A stretch of 12,534 nt of DNA from Calditrichia bacterium (GTDB taxonomy: Bacteria; Calditrichota; Calditrichia; RBG-13-44-9), in contig JARRQT010000121.1 of the NCBI GenBank assembly GCA_037381445.1, forward strand, positions 1 to 12,534, given 5' to 3'. Made by a program: the position numbers and the translations under genes. The notes beneath the pieces were generated by a model, which saw nothing but the letters and a program-made list of their open reading frames with translations, ran no database searches and had not been told where the DNA came from. Shown here one piece after another: positions 1 through 6,998 of this stretch (position 1 is the stretch's first letter; each line of letters starts with the position of its first letter).

Positions 1-153
1 GTATGTTCGGGGATCAAGGTTGGTGGGATTGTCAAACAGGCCGACCCGCAGGATGTTATCCGAATGATCTCCCGGCATCCGCCCTCCGCATGCCAGCAGG
101 AAAACAAGAATAGTCAGAATCAAAAAGAACAGCAGGTGCTGAGGCCTGATCAT
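1..153 (-). CDS. ABC transporter substrate-binding lipoprotein, family 5 (OppA/DppA/NikA-like); 5' end only, runs off the left edge
   Basis: Not in the ORF track; manual translation from ATG at 153 gives MIRPQHLLFFLILTILVFLLACGGRMPGDHSDNILRVGLFDNPTNLDPRTY. This has a hydrophobic signal, lipobox LLA-C (C22) and the family-5 N-terminal pattern LRVG...P.NLDP. An in-frame TTG at 183, with GGAG 8 nt upstream, is an alternative start. Confidence 0.85.
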   Translation of the reverse strand, partial: MIRPQHLLFFLILTILVFLLACGGRMPGDHSDNILRVGLFDNPTNLDPRTY

Positions 154-199
154 TCGTTTGACATCATTTTTCAATAAAGACAAAATCCATACTCCCGGT

Positions 200-1377
200 T
201 CACGATCTCTGCAGAGAACCCGCCACCTCTTTATACAATTTCCGGATAGTATCATCCACCTCTGCTTCCGGCATGACCCAGGAGATACGGAGCTGGGTAA
301 CCTGCAAAAGTCTGGTTGTTACATTCAATTTTTCGATCGCATCGAAGACGCGGAATGAAGCGTCCGAATTAAAATTGAGGCCGGTGCCGATAACAGCCAC
401 CATTCCCCTGCCCGGATCAATGTTGTAGGCAAAAGCAGGCCTTGATTTTTGAATTTTTTCGAGCAGCCGACTGAGGTCTTTCTTCTGCTGCGCCCGAACA
501 AGGATATCCAATCCGTCATTTTGCGTCAGACAGGTCAGGGTGTTGAGGCGACCGGCAGCCATCTCTTTGCTGATATAATGATTCACGCGGGGCTCGTCCG
601 TCTGAATCCGGAGATGCAGCAGTCCTTTTTGTCCCACGATGCCTGAGATACGGGAGCTGTCCAGCGACCGGTCCGAGATGATGGTGCCAAGATTACCGTT
701 GAAGCTGGAGCCGACCGCAATCTTGATTTTGTTCACCTTCGCGATTTCTATCGATTCGGTTTTGAGAATCCCGGCCCCCATATTCGCCATTTCAATCATT
801 TCATCATAACTGATTTCATTATTCAGGAGCACATCCGGCACCAGCTTGGGCTCCGATACATAAACACCGTCCACATCTTTCATGATCTCGCAGCGGTCCG
901 CCTTAAGGGCCGCCGCCAGCGCGATGGCGGTGGTGTCCGAACCGCCGCGACCCAGGGTGGTGATTTCCTTGTTGATGCTTACCCCCTGAAAACCCGCGAC
1001 GATGACGATTTTCCCTTTTTCCAACTCTTCATGCAGCCGGTTGGCGCGCACTTCCAGAATCCGGGCCTCGGTGTGTTTGGTATCGGTAATGATCCCGACC
1101 TGCGAACCGGTAAATGAAATGGCATCACAGCCCAGCTCATGGATGGCCATTGCCAGTAGCGCAATCGAAATTCGTTCTCCCACGGAAAGCAGCATGTCCA
1201 TTTCCCGCTCAGGCGGATTGTGGCAAAGCTGGGAGGCGAGCTGAACAAGATGATCGGTGGTATCGCCGATCGCGGATACCACCACCACTAGCTGATTACC
1301 GGATTGCCGGCGATGCGCCTGATGTGCTCGGGAGTAGCAAGAGAACTTCCGCCATATTTCTGAACAATCAAACCCAA
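200..1377 (-). pseudogene. lysC: Aspartate kinase, frameshifted near 1309 in this sequence (true lesion or assembly error)
   Basis: TTG at 1377 (GGAGG 6 nt upstream, 1 nt after the dapA stop) reads [23 protein letters not shown], then GNPVIS-stop (TAG 1290-1288). The rest ([53 protein letters not shown]) is in another frame and ends at 200. Confidence 0.88.
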
Positions 1378-1378
1378 A

Positions 1379-2266
1379 TCAGGCCTCCGGCTTCAGCAGC
1401 TGGTAATTCCGGAGGACTGCCTTTAATCGTGCGGCGTTCCCTTCGGACATTTCGCAGAGCGGCAGACGGAATCCGCCCATTTCAAATCCCATCATGTTCA
1501 TGGCGGTCTTGATGGGAATGGGATTGGTTTCCAGGAACAGGACCTTGTTTAAATCTTCCAGCTTCTGGTGCAGATCAAGGGCGCGTCCGTGATTATTTGT
1601 GAAGAAGGCCTGAATCATCTCTTTTATCCTGGCCGGGACAATATTGGCGGTCACCGAAATGACTCCTTTTCCGCCAATGCTCAAAATGGGGAGTGTCAAT
1701 CCGTCATCGCCGGAAAGAATGGTCAGCTTTTTGCCCACCCGTTTATGCAATTCCGAAATTTGTCCCAGATTGCCGGAAGCCTCTTTCACTGCAACAATCC
1801 GGGGATGATCCGATAGGCTTTCCACGGTTTCCGGCAAAATGTTGACTCCGGTTCGACCGGGGACATTATATACCACCAGCGGCAGATCGGCATTGTCGGC
1901 GATTTCCTTAAAATGCAGATAGAGGCCTTTTTGAGTGGGTTTATTGTAGTATGGCGTAATGATTAGCGCGGCGGAAACGCCAATTTCCCTGGCCTTTTGC
2001 GTTAATTGAACACTTCTGGCTGTATCATAATTGCCGGTGCCCGCAATCACAGGGATTTTATTTCCCGCGGCTTCCACAACAGTTTCGAATATTTTCAGTT
2101 TCTCATCATCAGAGAGTGTCGGGGATTCCCCGGTTGTCCCGCAGGGGAGCAGCGCGTCTGTTCCCTGCCCGAGATGGAATTTGACCAGTTCCCTGATTTT
2201 TTTGTAATTCACCTTTCCATTCTGGTCGAAAGGGGTAACCAGGGCAACGATTGTTCCGCTAAACAT
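1379..2266 (-). CDS. dapA: 4-hydroxy-tetrahydrodipicolinate synthase (295 aa)
   Basis: Motifs ALVTPF, GTTGESPTLS, PYYNKP, YNVPGRT (catalytic Tyr), VKEASG (Schiff-base Lys), SGDD and ETNPIPIK. Start moved to ATG 2266 (MFSGTIV) because AAGGAGG lies just upstream. Confidence 0.96.
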   Translation of the reverse strand: MFSGTIVALVTPFDQNGKVNYKKIRELVKFHLGQGTDALLPCGTTGESPTLSDDEKLKIFETVVEAAGNKIPVIAGTGNYDTARSVQLTQKAREIGVSAALIITPYYNKPTQKGLYLHFKEIADNADLPLVVYNVPGRTGVNILPETVESLSDHPRIVAVKEASGNLGQISELHKRVGKKLTILSGDDGLTLPILSIGGKGVISVTANIVPARIKEMIQAFFTNNHGRALDLHQKLEDLNKVLFLETNPIPIKTAMNMMGFEMGGFRLPLCEMSEGNAARLKAVLRNYQLLKPEA

Positions 2267-2297
2267 ATGACCTCCTTTTCTGGAATATAAGGAGCAA

Positions 2298-2326
2298 AAT
2301 ATAAAAGAATTTGCCGGATTAAGCAA
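2298..2326 (-). promoter_or_regulatory. Candidate sigma70-type promoter for dapA-lysC
   Basis: Minus strand TTGCTT (2326-2321), 17-nt spacer, TATATT (2303-2298), about 30 nt upstream of the dapA start. Confidence 0.6.
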
Positions 2327-2353
2327 GTTTTCCCAAAAAGAGTCACTTTCAAT

Positions 2354-3001
2354 TTACGGATAGTCGAAGCGGACTAACAGAAGAAGAAATTGAAAAACGG
2401 GACAGCGAAGCAAGCGCCGCCCTGAAGAAGACGGCCTTATTTTCCGGCAAAAATGAGATTTCAATTCAAAAAATGCAGGTATACATTCGGAATAATTTCC
2501 GGAGGCAAACTCTCCGGGTCCGCACCCCACCCATTCTTCCCGGGAAGGCCCGTAAATACCCGGCACCTTCAGACCGGCCTGACGCATCAGGACGGTCATC
2601 TGCGCGCGGTGATGGGCCTGGTGCATTATCAGAGCGGAGAGCAGATCACCTTTTCGCCATTTCTCGCCATACATCATAATTTCAACAGGGAGATCGTCGT
2701 CTGTCCATTGATCTGCCAGAGCAGATTTCAGGGACTCCGCAGCGTTCCGGTACGCATGAACGAGCTCTCTGACATACTGCGGCGCATTTTGCGATTTATC
2801 GGGCGCTTCTACTGCGATTCCGGCGTGTCCCGGCATTTCACCCAAAGTCTCCGTGATATGCCAGGCAAGGTCACGCAGAGAACGTCCTTCCGTGTTGACC
2901 CTTTGATCCAGACTTTCATCCGTGAGATTCCGGAATATTCTTAAGGTCGCTTCACTTTCGTACTCCCAATTCTCCAGAAAATCTTTGATCTTGCGATACA
3001 T
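2354..3001 (-). CDS. DinB/YfiT-like family putative metalloprotein; homologous part ends near 2531, remaining tail is suspect
   Basis: AAGGAGG upstream of ATG 3001. It shows E...T.RIF, RSLRDLAWHI and HQAHHRAQMTVLMRQAGLKVPGIYGPSREEW, the DinB-type three-His metal site. The 58 residues after EEW do not look like a natural protein tail. Confidence 0.85.
   Translation of the reverse strand: MYRKIKDFLENWEYESEATLRIFRNLTDESLDQRVNTEGRSLRDLAWHITETLGEMPGHAGIAVEAPDKSQNAPQYVRELVHAYRNAAESLKSALADQWTDDDLPVEIMMYGEKWRKGDLLSALIMHQAHHRAQMTVLMRQAGLKVPGIYGPSREEWVGCGPGEFASGNYSECIPAFFELKSHFCRKIRPSSSGRRLLRCPVFQFLLLLVRFDYP
2393..2422 (-). terminator. Candidate intrinsic terminator between the dinB-like gene and dapA
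   Basis: Minus strand GGGCGGCG-CTTGCTT-CGCTGTCC (8 bp, two G-U pairs), then CG, TTTTT and a pyrimidine-rich run. The G-U pairs form only on the minus strand. Confidence 0.45.
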
Positions 3002-3273
3002 TTTGCCTCCTTGAAATCGTCAGACTATATTTGCACATAAATTTACAAAACAAGAGACATCCATGAAATAAATTTCATAATCGAAATCATCGACACCCCA
3101 TGATACGATAGGCATTCACCGGGTAATCCATGCGCACCTCAATCCTCAAAAACAAATTAATCCTTTAAAATAATATGCCGGTTTCTTCAAAGATATGCTT
3201 TTGGATTCCGGCCATCCGGTTGCGGATACATATTCGCTCGGCAAACATTTTGATGATACGGCAGACTTCTATT

Positions 3274-4377
3274 TCAGCCTTTGGCGGGGAACGGAATGAA
3301 TTTTATGCAGGCCGGATTGGGAATTTTCAGGGTATCCCCTGTTGCGATCAGTTCGCCGGTGTCGGGCTCAATCCTGAATATGACAATGTTGTCCGATTCT
3401 TTATTGGCCACCAGCAGAAATTTGCCCGAAGGATCGATTGCGAAATTCCGCGGGATTTTTCCCTGGGTTGGCTCATGATAAAGATAAGTCAGCCGGCCCG
3501 TATTCTGGTCAATGGAAAACGCGGCAATGCTGTCATGTCCCCGGTTGGTGGCGAACAGAAATTTGCCGGACGGTGAAATATGGATATCCGCTCCCAGGTT
3601 TTTTTCGTCAAAATCATCGGGCAGCGAAGAGATAGTCTGCAGCTCTTTCAGCAGGCCTTCCGATTTATCATAGGAAAAGGCAATGACGGTAGAATTCAAT
3701 TCGTTGATGAGATAGGCGTAATGTCCGCTTGGATGAAAAATGAAATGCCTGGGTCCGGCGCCGTCTTTTATTTTCGCCCAGGGTGTTGGATGAGAATGGA
3801 GTTTCCCTTCCTGCTGATTAAAACGATAGACCATTATTTTGTCGAGTCCCAAATCGCATACAAACGCAAACCGGTTATCCGGTGACAGCACGATGGAATG
3901 GGCGTGGGCGGTCTGCTGGCGTTTGGGATGAACGCTGGAACCTTCGTGCTGAACAACATCCGCCGCTCTGCCCAAACGTCCGCTGTCATTGAATGGCAGA
4001 ACAGACACATTTCCTCCCATGTAATTCGCAACAAGCACATAATTATCTGTCTGATCCACAATTATGTAGCAGGGCGCTTCTCCTCTGGATGGCTGCTGAT
4101 TGATAAAGTCCAGGTTACCGGTTTTTTGCTCGATAGCAAACGAGCTGACTGCTCCGCCCGGCTCCCCCTGGAATTTCGTTAATTCATTGACCGCGAAAAG
4201 ATAGCGATTTTTGTGGTCGATGGCCAGGTAGGAAGGATTGTCGACATCTTTGGTAATGCTTACTAATTTCAGATTTCCGGCATACGCATTCATCCTGTAA
4301 ACATATATGCCCTGACTTGCTCCGCCGGTATAGGTGCCGATATAAACGAGGAATTCCCTGTAATCTGTTTTGCTCAT
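3274..4377 (-). CDS. pgl: Lactonase family 7-bladed beta-propeller protein (6-phosphogluconolactonase, Pgl/YbhE/YkgB type)
   Basis: Motifs VYIGTYT, NPSYL, VANYMGG, RQQTAHAH, CDLGLD, GAGPRH, INEL, ADIHISPSGKFLFATNRGHDSI and PRNF. Start set at ATG 4377 (GGAGG 5 nt upstream). No signal peptide is evident. The substrate is inferred from family only. Confidence 0.88.
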   Translation of the reverse strand: MSKTDYREFLVYIGTYTGGASQGIYVYRMNAYAGNLKLVSITKDVDNPSYLAIDHKNRYLFAVNELTKFQGEPGGAVSSFAIEQKTGNLDFINQQPSRGEAPCYIIVDQTDNYVLVANYMGGNVSVLPFNDSGRLGRAADVVQHEGSSVHPKRQQTAHAHSIVLSPDNRFAFVCDLGLDKIMVYRFNQQEGKLHSHPTPWAKIKDGAGPRHFIFHPSGHYAYLINELNSTVIAFSYDKSEGLLKELQTISSLPDDFDEKNLGADIHISPSGKFLFATNRGHDSIAAFSIDQNTGRLTYLYHEPTQGKIPRNFAIDPSGKFLLVANKESDNIVIFRIEPDTGELIATGDTLKIPNPACIKFIPFPAKG

Positions 4378-4688
4378 AAGCACCTCCCTCTGATATTATT
4401 GTTAAGACTTCATTTCTTTACTGCAATATTGATAAAACAAATTTGCGTGTAAAAAAGTTCTGGAAAGGCTCGCCAAAAGGAATTCCATTATTGTATAAAA
4501 TCCTTAATAAATCCGTAACAAAAAAACATTACATTGCCCCAATAATAGAGACAGTAAAAAATGGTTTGGGGGCAATAATAATTGCACCTCGCATCACATA
4601 GACCAGATTGTAACTAATTCGTGAATTATGAAACAAAATATTTTTTATGTAACATTTTACCTGAATTTTATGTATAATCATTCTGTAT

Positions 4689-4710
4689 TTCTACCGAACG
4701 GTAGGTAGAA
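4689..4710. promoter_or_regulatory. Probable TetR operator (nested palindrome)
   Basis: TTCTACC-GAACGGTA-GGTAGAA (7-bp inverted repeat) also contains the perfect CTACCG-AA-CGGTAG (4691-4704). It lies 10 nt downstream of TATAAT (4673-4678) and upstream of the tetR start, as expected for autorepression. Confidence 0.7.
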
Positions 4711-4756
4711 GTTTGTTATGTAAGCAGCACACAACTATGTCGGAGGTAACATCCAA

Positions 4757-5362
4757 ATGCCGGAGACCGCAATGGATTTTTTGGACGAGAACAATTCGAA
4801 AAACAGAATATTCAGGGTTGCGGCACATTTGTTTGCAGAAAGAGGCTATAACGGCGTTTCCATGCGGGAAATATCGGAGACCACCGGTTTATCCAAGCCG
4901 ACCATTTATTATTACTTCGGCAATAAAGAAGGCATCTATAGTTCACTGGTGGATGCCGGACTGCATTTCGGTTCTTCCGAATTCCAGAATCTTCTGGAAC
5001 AGGATCTATCCATTAGGCAGAAAATAATTGAAATCGCAAAAATCAGATTTCGACAAGTTCTTCAATTCCCTGAATTTGCAAAATTTTTCCTTCGATTATA
5101 CACCTCAACCGAAAAACTGCCCTTCCTGGAAAATTTTATTAAAGAAGCAGGTGTGCGACGCCAGCTCCTCATAAGACTCATCGAAGAAGGCGTAACGCGT
5201 GGTGAATTTGGCACCAGCGCAAACCCTCAACTGGCCGCTGAAATTTTTATGGGCGCCATGATGCATTTCATTCTGAACCAACTCAACAGTAAAGAAATGT
5301 TACTCTCGGACAAATTAGCCGAGGACATTGTCGAACTCCTCTTTAAAGGATTAAACGAGTAA
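4757..5362 (+). CDS. TetR/AcrR family transcriptional regulator
   Basis: N-terminal HTH RIFRVAAHLFAERGYNGVSMREISETTGLSKPTIYYYFGNKEGIY and C-terminal LIEEGVTRGEF. GGAGG at 4742-4746; ATG 4772 is an alternative start. Confidence 0.95.
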   Translation: MPETAMDFLDENNSKNRIFRVAAHLFAERGYNGVSMREISETTGLSKPTIYYYFGNKEGIYSSLVDAGLHFGSSEFQNLLEQDLSIRQKIIEIAKIRFRQVLQFPEFAKFFLRLYTSTEKLPFLENFIKEAGVRRQLLIRLIEEGVTRGEFGTSANPQLAAEIFMGAMMHFILNQLNSKEMLLSDKLAEDIVELLFKGLNE

Positions 5363-5363
5363 T

Positions 5364-5405
5364 ACGAATCGGGCATCCGTTTATGGAAGTCCGAGTTTCG
5401 TTTTT
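5364..5405 (+). terminator. Terminator-like hairpin after tetR
   Basis: ACGAA-TCGGGC-A-TCCG-TTTA-TGGA-A-GTCCGA-GT-TTCGT followed by a T run (5401-5405). It is an interrupted stem whose G-U pairs are valid on the plus strand. Confidence 0.5.
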
Positions 5406-5531
5406 GCATCGAGCTGTAGTTTACGCTTCATCCAATAACTAAAAACGCGCGTCGGCGCACATATCGTGAGGATTTAATCAGGCATAACAAGAGAGATTAA
5501 TACCCCCGTCCACTTAAGTGCAGGAGAAGAG

Positions 5532-6911
5532 ATGAGACAGCCATTGCTACTTTTCATTTACCTCTGGATATTTATCTTTCCATTTACCCTTTTCGGACAG
5601 GACAGTCTGAAGCTGACACTGGAAAGCAGCCTTGAATATGCATTTAAGCAGAATCCGGAGTACAGAATTGCCAGAACGGAGCTGGACAAGGCGGAAAAAA
5701 GCATCCGGGAAGCATATTCCAGCATTTTGCCGCAGCTGAATGGTTCCGCCAGTTTCCAGCATGCCTGGAAAATTCAGGAATCCACTATCCCGAATTTTAT
5801 TAAAACCATGATGGGACCGGCCGCACCGCCCGGATTACCGGATTTTGTGAAGATCTCATTCGCCCTTGAGAATACCTTTACCTACGGCGCCACAGTAAAT
5901 CAGCCTCTCTTTCTGGGCGGCGCCGGCATCGCCGGAATCCAGGCTGCCATCGCCGCAAAACGCGCGAGTCAGCAGAATCTGGAGGCTAACAAACAGAATT
6001 TGATCTATCAAACCGCAAATGCTTTTTACGCCTGCCTGCTTGCAAAAGAGTTGATCACAGTGCAGGAGGAAGCTCTCAATCAGGCCAGAGCCAATCTCGA
6101 TGTGGTAATCAAGAAATATGATGTGGGAAGCGCTTCCGGCTACGATAGGATGCGGGCACAGGTGGATGTCGCTAATCTCCAGCCGCCGCTGATCGCCGCA
6201 AAAAACAACTACCAGTCGGCGCTGACGCAGCTGCGCACCATTATCGGGCTGAATCAGGAGGCCGAAATCCAGGTTGTTGGCCAATTTGCTTATACGGAAG
6301 ATAATCTGGACAGCATGGGACTGCAGGATCTGCAGGACCGGGCATTCCGCAGCCGTCCCGAAATACTTGCCCTGCTGCAACAAAAAACCATCAGCCGGAA
6401 AGGTATTGACATCGCTCGCAGCGAATTTCTCCCCAAGCTGTACTTCAGCACGGATTATTCATTTCTGGCGAACAAAGAGAATCTGCGGATTTCACAGTCC
6501 GATTTCAGCCGAGGATTCACCTCTTCTCTGAATCTGCAAATCCCGCTGTTTCACGGATTCCGCTCAACTAGCCAATATCAAAAAGCGAAACTGGATTATA
6601 AAATTGTTCTCGATACCGAAAAGCAGGCCCGGGACGGCGTTGCTGCGGAAGTGGAATTCGCCTACAATAAATTTAATGAATCGAAGGAGAAATATCAGTC
6701 CGCGAAAGAGACAGTGCAATTGGCCCAGGAATCGCTGCGGCTGGCCAATCTGATGTATGAAGAAGGCACCAATACCCAACTGGATGTTCTCAATTCGCAG
6801 TTGGCGCTCACCCAGGCCCGCATGAATTATGTGAGTTCACTGTATGAATACCAGGTAGCGCGGTACCAGTTGCGCAAGGCAACGGGCATTCTGGAGGGCA
6901 TTTTGTCATAA
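5532..6911 (+). CDS. TolC-family outer membrane efflux protein
   Basis: CAGGAG RBS and Sec signal peptide. Two OEP repeats: LTLESSLEYAFKQNP, LPQLNGS, YDVGSASGYD; RPEI, FLPKL, LQIPLFHG, YEEGTNTQLDVLNSQ, LRKATG. Confidence 0.94.
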   Translation: MRQPLLLFIYLWIFIFPFTLFGQDSLKLTLESSLEYAFKQNPEYRIARTELDKAEKSIREAYSSILPQLNGSASFQHAWKIQESTIPNFIKTMMGPAAPPGLPDFVKISFALENTFTYGATVNQPLFLGGAGIAGIQAAIAAKRASQQNLEANKQNLIYQTANAFYACLLAKELITVQEEALNQARANLDVVIKKYDVGSASGYDRMRAQVDVANLQPPLIAAKNNYQSALTQLRTIIGLNQEAEIQVVGQFAYTEDNLDSMGLQDLQDRAFRSRPEILALLQQKTISRKGIDIARSEFLPKLYFSTDYSFLANKENLRISQSDFSRGFTSSLNLQIPLFHGFRSTSQYQKAKLDYKIVLDTEKQARDGVAAEVEFAYNKFNESKEKYQSAKETVQLAQESLRLANLMYEEGTNTQLDVLNSQLALTQARMNYVSSLYEYQVARYQLRKATGILEGILS

Positions 6912-6998
6912 AGCGTCACCGTAAATATGGGGAAAACAATTCTCCGGACCGGTTCACCGGGAAATAATTTACCAAGATTTTAATACAGGAGATTTAAA

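Noticed and set aside
1290..1330. Programmed -1 ribosomal frameshift in lysC
   Set aside because: There is no slippery X XXY YYZ heptamer at the junction, and a shift would still leave about 6 residues missing.
2267..2326. 20-aa N-terminal extension of DapA in the ORF track
   Set aside because: The RBS points to ATG 2266, and the extension overlaps the promoter candidate.
2270..2560. Canonical intact lysine riboswitch as a called feature
   Set aside because: Core conserved segments are missing and the length is too short; kept only as a low-confidence finding.
158..4182. Plus-strand and alternative-frame ORFs over lysC, dapA, dinB and pgl (e.g. 1114..1512, 2453..2944, 3175..3576, 3580..3885)
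   Set aside because: They are shadows of well-supported genes and show no recognisable motifs.
4384..5362. Horizontally acquired island suggested by the AT-rich intergenic region and tetR
   Set aside because: No integrase, transposase, tRNA or flanking direct repeats are visible, and AT-rich promoters and regulator genes are ordinary.
6912..6998. CCGG-TTCA-CCGG mini-hairpin between tolC and the MFP gene
   Set aside because: It is only 4 bp with no U tract, and CCGG is very frequent throughout the window.
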